NCBI RefSeq assembly: GCF_000195955.2
Contig: NC_000962.3
Location: 690,001 to 722,000 of the forward strand
Direction of reading: 5' to 3'
Length of the DNA: 32,000 bases
Source: Mycobacterium tuberculosis H37Rv
GTDB taxonomy: Bacteria > Actinomycetota > Actinomycetes > Mycobacteriales > Mycobacteriaceae
This document shows positions 8,524 to 16,192 of this stretch, piece after piece. The position numbers and the translations under genes were made by a program. Below the pieces are notes generated by a model. That model ran no database searches, was not told the origin of the DNA, and saw only the letters and a program-made list of their open reading frames with translations. How positions within the stretch are numbered: position 1 is the stretch's first letter; every line of letters begins with the position of its first letter.

Positions 8524-9054
8524 TCAGCTGGTCGGCGGGTCTGGGCCGGCGCAGCGCAGTTCGAGTTCGGTGGTCAGCAGTGCCAACGGGGTGCGTAATT
8601 CGTGGCTGGCGTCGGCGACGAACTGTTGTTCGTGGGCGAGGGCCCGTTGCAGTCGGGTGAGCATGGTGTTGAGAGTCGTTGCTAGCCAAGCGATCTCGTC
8701 GTCGGTGGGAGGTACCGGCAGCGGCGCGTCGGTGTCGGGGTGCGGCGTGGTGGTCAGTGTTTGCGCCGCCGCGCGGATCCGGTCGACGGGCCGCAGCGCG
8801 GCGCGGCTGAGCAGGTAGGCGGCCACCGCGGCGATGACGAGCACGATCGGCAGGATGGTCACCAATTCCCGGACCAGATCGGCGGTGATGTCGTCGGTGA
8901 GCCCGCGCAGCGCGCCATCGGGGTCGGCTTCGTGAGCGGCGTCGCGGAACTGGACGACGGTGACGGCGCCGGCTGCTGCCAGAACGAGCGCCATGGCGGC
9001 GCTGAAGACGAGGGTGAGTCGCCATCGGATGGGCCACTCAGCGGGGGAGCGCAT
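8524..9054 (-). CDS. Histidine kinase fragment: TM sensor, HAMP and H-box half (Rv0601c-like)
   Basis: Two TM segments, a HAMP-like linker and the H box ADASHELRTPLALL. The ORF ends prematurely at TGA 8524-8526. Start is uncertain: ATG 9054 (overlaps the tcrA end) or ATG 8994. Confidence 0.8.
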   Translation of the reverse strand: MRSPAEWPIRWRLTLVFSAAMALVLAAAGAVTVVQFRDAAHEADPDGALRGLTDDITADLVRELVTILPIVLVIAAVAAYLLSRAALRPVDRIRAAAQTLTTTPHPDTDAPLPVPPTDDEIAWLATTLNTMLTRLQRALAHEQQFVADASHELRTPLALLTTELELRCAGPDPPTS

Positions 9055-9799
9055 GCCGTCCTCCGTCCTTGCGCAGCCGGTATCCGGCACCGCGAATGGT
9101 TTCCAGCGAGGTGACGCCGAAGGGCCGGTCGATCTTGTCGCGCAGGTAGCGGATGTAGACGTCGACGATGTTGGAGCGGGCCTCGTAGGCGGCGTCCCAG
9201 CAGCGTTCCAGCAGCTGGGCGCGGGTGTGGACGATGCCGGGACGGCGGATCAGGGCTTCCAGCAGGGTGAATTCCTTGTGACTGAGCCGGATTTCGGTGT
9301 CGGCACGCCAGACTCGGTGTTCGCTCGGGTCCAGGCGTAGATCGCCGGCCTCCAGCGTCGGTGGGCGTGGGATGGGCCCGCGCCGTGACAGCGCGCGCAA
9401 CCGGGCGAACAGTTCGTCGAGGTTGAACGGTTTGGTGAGGTAATCGTCGGCGCCGCCGTCTAGGCCCGCGATGCGGTCGGTGACCGCGCCGCGGGCGGTA
9501 AGCATCAGCACCGGTGTCCACACCCGCTGCCGTCGCAGCCGCGCGCATACCTCGAACCCGTCGATACCGGGCAGCATCACATCCAGCACCACCGCGTCGT
9601 AGTCACCGCCGTCGACGGCCGCCACCGCATGGCGGCCGTCGGCAACGGTGTCGACCGTGTGGCCCTCCTCGGTCAGCGCCCGCGCCAGCAGCGCCGTCAT
9701 CTTGGGCTCGTCCTCGACCACCAGGATGCGCACACCCGACACCCTGCCGCATGCCCGGCCCGGGCCGCGACCAGCTCTCATCGTCGTTTCATCTGCCAC
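9038..9799 (-). CDS. tcrA: OmpR/PhoB-family response regulator TcrA (253 aa)
   Basis: Receiver domain (ILVVEDEPKM..., DAVVLDVMLPGIDG, LMLTARG) and winged-helix output (RVWRADTEIRLSHKEFTLLEALI, IRGAGYRL). GTG start at 9799; alternative ATG at 9781. Confidence 0.9.
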   Translation of the reverse strand: MADETTMRAGRGPGRACGRVSGVRILVVEDEPKMTALLARALTEEGHTVDTVADGRHAVAAVDGGDYDAVVLDVMLPGIDGFEVCARLRRQRVWTPVLMLTARGAVTDRIAGLDGGADDYLTKPFNLDELFARLRALSRRGPIPRPPTLEAGDLRLDPSEHRVWRADTEIRLSHKEFTLLEALIRRPGIVHTRAQLLERCWDAAYEARSNIVDVYIRYLRDKIDRPFGVTSLETIRGAGYRLRKDGGRHALPR

Positions 9800-9855
9800 C
9801 CCTACCGTCGGAGCCGCACACCGTCACAGCGAGGTAGACAGATCAGGAGAAAGCG

Positions 9856-10167
9856 ATGAATCGCATCGTGCAGTTCGGAGTTTCCGCCGTGGCCGCGGCG
9901 GCGATCGGCATCGGAGCCGGGTCGGGGATCGCGGCGGCGTTCGACGGCGAGGACGAGGTGACCGGCCCCGACGCCGACCGCGCGCGCGCCGCCGCGGTGC
10001 AGGCGGTCCCGGGCGGCACCGCCGGAGAAGTCGAGACCGAGACCGGCGAAGGCGCCGCCGCCTACGGCGTGCTGGTCACCCGGCCCGACGGCACCCGTGT
10101 CGAGGTCCACCTGGACCGGGATTTCCGGGTTCTGGACACCGAACCGGCCGACGGGGACGGCGGTTAG
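9856..10167 (+). CDS. Secreted PepSY-domain protein (103 aa; Rv0603-like)
   Basis: AGGAG (9845-9849) lies 6 nt before ATG. Signal-like N-terminus, then a PepSY-like core (ARAAAVQAVPGGTAGEVETETGEGAAAYGVLVTRPDGTRVEVHLDRDFRVL). Confidence 0.8.
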   Translation: MNRIVQFGVSAVAAAAIGIGAGSGIAAAFDGEDEVTGPDADRARAAAVQAVPGGTAGEVETETGEGAAAYGVLVTRPDGTRVEVHLDRDFRVLDTEPADGDGG

Positions 10168-10238
10168 CATCGGCGCATGCCCGCACCGGGCCACCGATAG
10201 CCTCCGGGTGCGCACCGATGAGATCTAGCGAGGAGACC

Positions 10239-11189
10239 ATGATCAGGCGACGAGGCGCCCGTATGGCCGCGCTGCTGGCGGCGGCCGCGCTGGCACTGAC
10301 CGCATGCGCGGGCAGCGACGACAAGGGCGAACCCGACGACGGCGGGGACCGGGGCGCATCCTTGGCCACCACCAGCGATGCGGACTGGAAGCCGGTGGCC
10401 GACATTCTCGGCCGAACCGGCAAGCTGAACGATGGCAGCGTCTACAAAATCGGGTTTGCGCGCTCGGATCTGAGCGTGCAGACCAAGGGGGTGACCGTCG
10501 CCCCCGCGCTGTCACTCGGGTCGTGGGTCGCGTTCGCCCGCACCCCCGACGGGCAGACCATGCTGATGGGAGATCTGGTGGTCACCGAAGACGAGCTGGC
10601 CTCGGTGACCGACGCCGTGCAGGCCGGCGGCCTGCAGCAGACCGCGCTGCACAAGCACCTGCTCGAGCAGTCGCCGCCGATCTGGTGGACCCACATCGCC
10701 GGCCACGGCGACGCCGCCGACCTGGCCCGTGCGGTCCGGTCGGCGCTGGATGCCACCGACACACCACCGCCCGCCTCGGCAACTTCCGGCCAGACCAGCT
10801 TGGACCTGGACACCGCGGCCATCGATGAGGCGCTGGGCCGCTCCGGCACCATCGCGGGCGGGGTGTACAAATTCTTCATCGCCCGCCGCGATCCGGTCAC
10901 CATGTCCGGCATGCTCATCCCCCCGTCCATGGGTCTGGCTACCGCCCTCAACTTCCAGCCCACCGGCAACGGCCGCGCGGCGATCAACGGCGATTTCGTC
11001 ATGACCGCCGCCGAGGTCCAAGACGTCGTCCAAGCACTGCGCGGCGGCGGAATCGACATCGTCGCCATACACAACCACGGGTTCGACGAACAACCACGCC
11101 TGTTCTACATGCACTTCTGGGCCGAGAACGACGCCGTCGCACTCGCCCGCACGCTACGCGCCGCGGTGGACGCCACCGCGGCCCGGTGA
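10239..11189 (+). CDS. lpqO: Lipoprotein LpqO (316 aa; DUF1259/LppY-LpqO family)
   Basis: GAGGAG (10230-10235) lies upstream of ATG 10239. Signal peptide with lipobox LTAC (MIRRRGARMAALLAAAALALTACAG). Two internally similar halves. The upstream 197 codons of the track ORF are Arg-rich junk. Confidence 0.85.
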   Translation: MIRRRGARMAALLAAAALALTACAGSDDKGEPDDGGDRGASLATTSDADWKPVADILGRTGKLNDGSVYKIGFARSDLSVQTKGVTVAPALSLGSWVAFARTPDGQTMLMGDLVVTEDELASVTDAVQAGGLQQTALHKHLLEQSPPIWWTHIAGHGDAADLARAVRSALDATDTPPPASATSGQTSLDLDTAAIDEALGRSGTIAGGVYKFFIARRDPVTMSGMLIPPSMGLATALNFQPTGNGRAAINGDFVMTAAEVQDVVQALRGGGIDIVAIHNHGFDEQPRLFYMHFWAENDAVALARTLRAAVDATAAR

Positions 11190-11246
11190 CCCCGCGCCCC
11201 GGCGCATACCGACCCGCCGCGAACCACCGGTGGCGGACGTGGTCAT

Positions 11247-11356
11247 GCAGGCGTCGTGCGATGACGTCCTCGTTCAATGGGCCATGTTCGGCCGGGATCC
11301 TCGCCACGGCACGGTCGCATGGAACGCTTCGGCCACGGTGGCCACCCTATGCCGCG
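11247..11356 (-). pseudogene. Relic copy of the Rv0613c promoter and 5' end
   Basis: About 110 nt align by eye at roughly 90% with 19425-19535, with one 1-nt deletion. It encodes VATVAEAFHAT...ARIPAEHGPLNEDVIARRL, versus VATVAEAFDATQAVARILAEHGPLSEDDIARRL in the intact gene. Confidence 0.65.
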
Positions 11357-11372
11357 TCGAGCCGGGGCTGCC

Positions 11373-12730
11373 AACTGTTGCGCGGTGAGTGGTCGGTAGT
11401 TGTCGGTGGCGTGCTGTAGGAACAGAGGTATGAATCTCGCGGCGTGGGCCGAGCGCAATGGCGTCGCGCGGGTGACCGCGTATCGCTGGTTCCACGCTGG
11501 GCTCTTGCCGGTCCCGGCCCGGAAGGTTGGTCGACTCATTCTGGTCGACGAGCTGGCTAGCGAGGCTGGCGCGCAGCCAAAGACTGCGGTGTACGCGCGG
11601 GTGTCGTCGGCTGATCAGAAGTCTGATTTGGATCGGCAGGTGGCGCGGGTGACTTCGTGGGCCACAGCCGAACAGATCCCGGTCGACAAGGTTGTCACCG
11701 AGGTCGGGTCGGTGCTCAACGGGCACCGACGTAAGTTCCCTGCGGTGCTGCGCGATCTGTCGGTCACGCGGATTGTGGTTGAGCATCGGGATCGGTTCTG
11801 CCGGTTCGGTTCGGAGTATGTCCACGCTGCGCTGGCCGCTCAGGGTCGGGAGTTGGTCGTGGTGGACTCGGCCGAGGTTGACGATGACCTGGTATGGGAT
11901 ATGACCGAGATTCTGACCTCGATGTGCGCAAGGTTGTATGGCAAACGTGCTGCTCAGAACCGGGCCAAGCGGGCCGTCGCGGCTGCCGCTGTCGATGATC
12001 ATGAGGCGGCCTGAGATGCCGCGTTTGGAGATCCCCAACGGCTGGTGTGTGCAAGCGTTCCGGTTCACACTCGATCCGACCGCCGAGCAGGCACACGCGT
12101 TGGCGCGGCATTTCGGCGCCCGCCGCAAGGCCTACAACTGGACCGTCGCGCAGCTGAAAGCCGATATCCAAGCGTGGCGCGCGACCGGCGCCCAGACGGC
12201 GAAGCCGTCGCTTCGGGTACTGCGGAAACGCTGGAACACGGTGAAAGACGAGGTGTGTGTCAACGCCGAGACTGGCACCGTGTGGTGGCCGGAATGCTCG
12301 AAAGAGGCCTACGCCGACGGGATCGCGGGCGCGGTCGACGCGTACTGGAACTGGCAGCAGAGGCGTGCTGGCAAGCGCGACGGCAAGAGAATGGGCTTCC
12401 CTCGATTCAAGAAGAAGGGCCGCGACGCCGATCGCGTGTCGTTCACCACGGGTGCGATGCGCGTTGAGCCCGACCGTAGACACCTCACTTTGCCGGTGAT
12501 CGGCTGCGTGCGTACGCATGAGAACACCCGCCGCATCGAGCGCCTCATCGCCAAAGACCGGGCGCGGGTGCTGGCGATCACGGTGCGCCGCAACGGCACC
12601 CGGCTGGATGCGAGTGTGCGGGTACTGGTGCAGCGCCCCCAGCAACCCAACGTGGAACTGCCTGAGTCGCGAATCGGTGTCGACGTGGGTGTTCGTCGTC
12701 TGGCCACGGTCGCCACCGCGGACGGCGCAT
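11373..12730 (+). mobile_element. IS607-family element, 3'-truncated (IS1536-like); boundaries approximate
   Basis: A serine-recombinase tnpA is followed 1 nt later by tnpB, the typical IS607 arrangement. The tnpB homology stops just after RuvC motif I. Left edge is inferred from the end of the Rv0613c-like relic. Confidence 0.6.
11430..12014 (+). CDS. IS607-type serine recombinase / resolvase TnpA (Rv0605-like)
   Basis: MerR-like HTH N-terminus (MNLAAWAERNGVARVTAYRWFHAGLLP) and catalytic-Ser region AVYARVSSADQKSDLDRQ. AGAGG lies upstream of ATG 11430. Alternative in-frame GTG 11406 and TTG 11400. Confidence 0.85.
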   Translation: MNLAAWAERNGVARVTAYRWFHAGLLPVPARKVGRLILVDELASEAGAQPKTAVYARVSSADQKSDLDRQVARVTSWATAEQIPVDKVVTEVGSVLNGHRRKFPAVLRDLSVTRIVVEHRDRFCRFGSEYVHAALAAQGRELVVVDSAEVDDDLVWDMTEILTSMCARLYGKRAAQNRAKRAVAAAAVDDHEAA

Positions 12731-12759
12731 GCTGCCCGGTCCTGGTGCCAGACGGCTAA
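12016..12759 (+). CDS. TnpB/OrfB transposase-associated protein, N-terminal fragment (247 aa; Rv0606-like)
   Basis: OrfB_IS605-type N-terminus (QAFRFTLDPTAEQAHALARHFGARRKAYNW) up to RuvC-I (RIGVDVGVRRLATVATADG), then an unrelated tail and a stop. RuvC-II/III and the zinc finger are absent. Confidence 0.8.
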   Translation: MPRLEIPNGWCVQAFRFTLDPTAEQAHALARHFGARRKAYNWTVAQLKADIQAWRATGAQTAKPSLRVLRKRWNTVKDEVCVNAETGTVWWPECSKEAYADGIAGAVDAYWNWQQRRAGKRDGKRMGFPRFKKKGRDADRVSFTTGAMRVEPDRRHLTLPVIGCVRTHENTRRIERLIAKDRARVLAITVRRNGTRLDASVRVLVQRPQQPNVELPESRIGVDVGVRRLATVATADGACCPVLVPDG

Positions 12760-12812
12760 CGCTGGGCATTATCCCCGAGGGCGGCGCCCATATCGACGTG
12801 CCCCGAAAGACC

Positions 12813-13199
12813 GTGGGCGCCTGGCAAACAGCCGACACCATGGGCATCTTCCAGGCCCTTCCCGACGTCTGGGGCGGGTGGCGGACCGAATGCTGGGAAG
12901 ACCGCTTCGAAGAGCAGCTGATTCGATGCAACGGGGCGCTGCGGCTTCCCGAGCTGGATTTGGCCGCGGGCATGGACAGCGCCCGGGAGTGGCTCCGTGA
13001 CAGGATATTTCAGCGCTTCTCGGACAGCCCGGCAGGCCAAATTCTGAAACTCTCCGAGCTGCTGGCCGATGTCGGACCCGGTCTGGTCGTCAGCGACGAT
13101 GCCGTGACGAATGGCGGGGCTCGCCCAAACAACGAAGAGTGGGCGCGTTTCGTTGCGGCGTGCGATCTGGTGCGTGGGGCTCACGCCGAATCGGCCTGA
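12813..13199 (+). CDS. Hypothetical protein (Rv0607-like); start uncertain (GTG 12813 or ATG 12840)
   Basis: ORF with plausible protein-like composition (MGIFQALPDVWGGWRTECWEDRFEEQLIRCNGALRLPELD...). I recognise no domain. It lies directly after the IS truncation point. Confidence 0.4.
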   Translation: MGAWQTADTMGIFQALPDVWGGWRTECWEDRFEEQLIRCNGALRLPELDLAAGMDSAREWLRDRIFQRFSDSPAGQILKLSELLADVGPGLVVSDDAVTNGGARPNNEEWARFVAACDLVRGAHAESA

Positions 13200-13243
13200 C
13201 TTCGGGGATAGTGGTACCATCACTTTGGTAGAAGGGTACTAAC

Positions 13244-13489
13244 ATGGCGTTGAACATCAAAGATCCGTCGGTTCACCAGGCGGTCAAGCAGATCGCGAAA
13301 ATCACCGGCGAATCTCAGGCTCGGGCGGTGGCGACCGCGGTGAACGAGCGTCTGGCCAGACTGCGCAGCGACGATCTCGCCGCCCGGCTCTTGGCTATCG
13401 GCCACAAGACCGCGAGCAGGATGAGCCCGGAAGCAAAGCGCCTCGACCACGATGCTCTGCTGTATGACGAGCGAGGGCTGCCGGCGTGA
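13244..13489 (+). CDS. vapB28: Antitoxin VapB28 (81 aa)
   Basis: [25 protein letters not shown]... is paralogous to VapB30 ([25 protein letters not shown]). The stop overlaps the vapC28 start. Confidence 0.9.
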
Positions 13490-13887
13490 TCGTCGACACG
13501 TCGGCGATCATCGCGATTCTGCGCGACGAGGACGACGCCGCGGCCTACGCCGACGCGCTCGCCAACGCCGATGTCCGCAGACTGTCTGCGGCCAGCTACC
13601 TGGAATGCGGGATAGTCCTTGACTCCCAGCGTGATCCGGTCATCAGCAGAGCACTGGATGAACTTATCGAAGAAGCCGAGTTCGTCGTCGAGCCGGTAAC
13701 CGAGCGCCAGGCCCGCCTGGCCCGAGCGGCCTACGCGGATTTCGGCAGAGGCAGCGGCCACCCCGCGGGCTTGAATTTCGGCGACTGCCTGTCCTATGCA
13801 CTGGCGATCGATCGACGTGAGCCGCTGCTGTGGAAGGGCAACGACTTTGGGCACACCGGCGTCCAAAGGGCACTGGATCGGCGGTGA
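13486..13887 (+). CDS. vapC28: PIN-domain toxin VapC28 (133 aa)
   Basis: [24 protein letters not shown] and [12 protein letters not shown] are PIN residues. Paralogous to VapC30. Confidence 0.9.
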
Positions 13888-14212
13888 TCGACGTCAGCCT
13901 GGCGCGGCGGTGCGAGGCTCACGGGTACGACTATTTTCGTTCCGACGATCCGGTGGCAGCGGCGGGCTTTGTGGTGTCCGCTGTGTGGAGTTGTGGGCGT
14001 GGACCTGGGAACGCCACGGGTTCCGGGCGTTTGCCGAAACCGCTGCGCCACAGTTGATTTGGCGGGAGTACAGACCCGGCTGGACCCGATACGGCGACGG
14101 ATCTGTGGCGCAGGTCAAATCGATCTTCGACGCTCCGCGCGGTTACCTCAATGCGGCGTGTCGTCGGCGTGTTGTACATTGGGCATCGGGACTCCTGAGA
14201 AGGATCCTGTAG
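13886..14212 (+). pseudogene. Frameshifted relic of the 3' part of an Rv0612 paralogue (contains the 75-aa ORF 13830-14057, I believe annotated Rv0609A)
   Basis: 13886-13985 aligns with 16783-16865 ([32 protein letters not shown] versus LIDLAREADGYDYFRSDDPVAAAGFVVS). After a frame change near 13985 it continues protein-like (ELWAWTWERHGFRAFAETAAPQLIWREY...) to TAG 14210-14212. Confidence 0.6.
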
Positions 14213-14216
14213 GCCG

Positions 14217-14240
14217 CAGCCCCACCCACGGGTGGGGCTG
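14217..14240. terminator. Perfect 10-bp stem / 4-nt loop hairpin, candidate I-shaped (no U-tract) terminator
   Basis: CAGCCCCACC (14217-14226), CACG, GGTGGGGCTG (14231-14240). It lies between convergent transcription units. Confidence 0.4.
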
Positions 14241-14474
14241 ACGTGCGTCCAAGGGGGCCAGATCTGGCAGACCTTCATCTTGTTTGCGACGATGTCCCAT
14301 AATCGTTGGTGGTCTTCACCGACCGGGCGTCTTTGACGTCTGACCGACGCCTCCGAAAGTGGAGGTAGGACACAAGGTCGGCAGCTTGCAGCAGGCGACG
14401 GTGTTTCGAGGGCGCGAAATGCAGTGCGTCGACGCCCGCTATTCCTCACCGCCGCGGTTTCCTCGGTGGCAATC

Positions 14475-14672
14475 TCACTTCGTCGAGCCGCGGGCACGGC
14501 TTTCGAGATAGAGGTCGATATGCCCACAAGTCTCGCAGGCAACGGCGTTGACCTGGGTGCCGCGATTGAAGTGGCCGGCACCTTCGCGCTTGAAACGCAG
14601 CGGCGCGTTCCAGACGACGGCCCCTTCGACGAGCTGGTCGCCCCCGCATCTCACGCACTTCTCGTCGGTCAC
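14475..14672 (-). CDS. Small zinc-ribbon protein (65 aa), possibly unannotated
   Basis: GTG 14672 is preceded by AAGGGGAGG (plus strand 14677-14685). Two CxxC pairs (CVRCG ... CETCG). GC-rich third positions. It sits 79 nt downstream of the 385-aa gene on the same strand. Confidence 0.6.
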   Translation of the reverse strand: MTDEKCVRCGGDQLVEGAVVWNAPLRFKREGAGHFNRGTQVNAVACETCGHIDLYLESRARGSTK

Positions 14673-14751
14673 GACGCCTCCCCTTCTCTGCGGCTGGCCA
14701 GGCTACGCCCAGCGCTTGATGCCCAGGAAATCCACGGCGCCGCCGCTAGTT

Positions 14752-15909
14752 TCACCTGAACGACGCCGCGCGATCACGAAGCTTTCGGATCGCCCGTGCG
14801 GTAAACGCTTGCGGCTCCAGATGCCACAGGTGCGCGCCTTCAGGTGTGCGCAACGCCGCGAAAGGAACCCGCTCACCACACACGAGCTTCTCCAGCTCGA
14901 GTGCCCAGCCTACGGCCAGGGCGGCACGCTGCCGGTGCCAGGCGTCAGCGCGCCACGTCAGCCGGGGCAAGCCGGCGAGTTTGCTCTGGATGCTTTGGCG
15001 GAGTTTGCCGGCGCAGAGGATCCGGGACGGAACCGAGCCCAGACCTTCGGTGTCGGACGCCGGAGCGACGCGGGTGAACGCGATCTCCCGGCGGTCGTAG
15101 TTCCACCAGGCGCGCGCGACGGTGACCTCGCCGACCGGGGTCGCACGGTTGGACAGTTCGCGCTTTTCTTGACGCGCCCCATGCTGATCCAGCCACAGAT
15201 GGATTTCGGCAACCGTGCGGGCGGGCAGTGGCTCGGCGTTCGGGCGCGGATCGCATCCGGCGACCAGCATCGCGGGGACGTGCGGCGGCCACAGCTGGGC
15301 GAGTGGACGCAGCGGATTGAGCCGAACGCCGTCGAAGTCGCTGCGTTTGGCGAGGTCGCCCCAGAGTGCGGGACCCAACCGCACGACGTCGAGTCCGCGG
15401 TGTCGCTCGGTTCGCCGGAATGTCGCCGCCGCGTCCGGCGCGGTCATGATCGTGATGACGTCCAACCCGTCGGCGCGGTGAACGGCGGGCCGGCCGGTGC
15501 CCGGGGAGACGGCAACCCACCACGGCCCTTCGTACAGCAAATCCCGCTGGCCGGGGCCCGGTTTGGCAACGGCATCCTCGAGCTCGACCGTGCGCGCCCA
15601 GTTCTGCAGCTCGGGCAGCGCACCCGGCCGGAACGCCGAACCCCACGGTTCGTCGGGATCGAATGACAGGCCACCGACGAGCGGAGCGATGTCGCGAACC
15701 AGTTCCAGGCCGGAATATTCGCGGCCGTCCGACGCCGAACTCTCGGCGATGAGCATCGGTGTGCCGTCATCGAGCGCCACGGTCTCGAGTTCGCCGTCTA
15801 TCTCGGCGACCCGCCACTTCGGGTAGCGCAGTATCGCGCGCCGCGCGTCGTCGGCGGAGAGTTCTCCGCGCGCATATCGGGCCAGTAAGCCCCGTAGCTC
15901 GTCGTCCAT
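14752..15909 (-). CDS. Hypothetical protein (385 aa; Rv0610c-like)
   Basis: Long ORF with normal composition. Two weakly SseB-like stretches (GTPMLIAESSASDG; GLDVITIMTAPDAAATF). No confident domain call. Confidence 0.75.
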   Translation of the reverse strand: MDDELRGLLARYARGELSADDARRAILRYPKWRVAEIDGELETVALDDGTPMLIAESSASDGREYSGLELVRDIAPLVGGLSFDPDEPWGSAFRPGALPELQNWARTVELEDAVAKPGPGQRDLLYEGPWWVAVSPGTGRPAVHRADGLDVITIMTAPDAAATFRRTERHRGLDVVRLGPALWGDLAKRSDFDGVRLNPLRPLAQLWPPHVPAMLVAGCDPRPNAEPLPARTVAEIHLWLDQHGARQEKRELSNRATPVGEVTVARAWWNYDRREIAFTRVAPASDTEGLGSVPSRILCAGKLRQSIQSKLAGLPRLTWRADAWHRQRAALAVGWALELEKLVCGERVPFAALRTPEGAHLWHLEPQAFTARAIRKLRDRAASFR

Positions 15910-15960
15910 CGGCCATCACCCGGTCGGGTTGCAGCATCCGCCACAGAACAAAGCGGACGA

Positions 15961-16182
15961 CTACGCCACCTCGCGGACATGCGGAATCTCCCGCCGCCGT
16001 CGTGGTCGGATATCGTCGCCGGCCAACGTGACGACCGCTACCGTGCAGCCGTTCGCGGCGGTAAAGTCGACTTCGTAGCCACCCGCGGCGTAGCGCCCGA
16101 CGACGGCACCGACGTCTCCGGCGATGAGGGATTTGTCGGGAACATCCCGTGTTAGCACCACAACATCGTGTTCTGCGTACAT
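15961..16182 (-). CDS. DUF4926-like small protein (73 aa from ATG 16182; the track ORF extends to 16344 = Rv0611c-like)
   Basis: MYAEHDVVVLTRDVPDKSLIAGDVGAVVGRYAAGGYEVDFTAANGCTVAVVTLAGDDIRP matches my recollection of the DUF4926 pattern. AGGAG lies 7 nt upstream of ATG 16182 and overlaps the upstream TAG. Confidence 0.7.
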   Translation of the reverse strand: MYAEHDVVVLTRDVPDKSLIAGDVGAVVGRYAAGGYEVDFTAANGCTVAVVTLAGDDIRPRRRREIPHVREVA

Positions 16183-16192
16183 CGGTCCGCTC

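Noticed and set aside
7904-9037. The 377-aa minus-strand ORF read as one kinase gene
   Set aside because: Only its C-terminal ~215 codons (from ~8549) are kinase-like. The upstream part is Arg/Pro-rich sequence in the wrong frame relative to the H-box ORF 8524-9090. The real structure is a frameshifted kinase.
9804-9825. ACCGTC direct repeat as a TcrA box
   Set aside because: The hexamer is short and GC-rich, and the 16-nt spacing does not fit the usual 10-11 bp periodicity of OmpR-family sites. I kept it only as a remark in a low-interest finding.
10168-10238. Imperfect hairpin (CGCACC...GGTGCG) between Rv0603 and lpqO as an attenuator or terminator
   Set aside because: The stem has a mismatch and a long loop, and the two genes are probably co-transcribed. 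Evidence is insufficient.
13830-14057. 75-aa ORF as an independent gene
   Set aside because: Its first third overlaps the vapC28 3' end out of frame. Its middle is the Rv0612-like block and its tail is out of frame relative to the relic's continuation. It is better explained as a pseudogene fragment.
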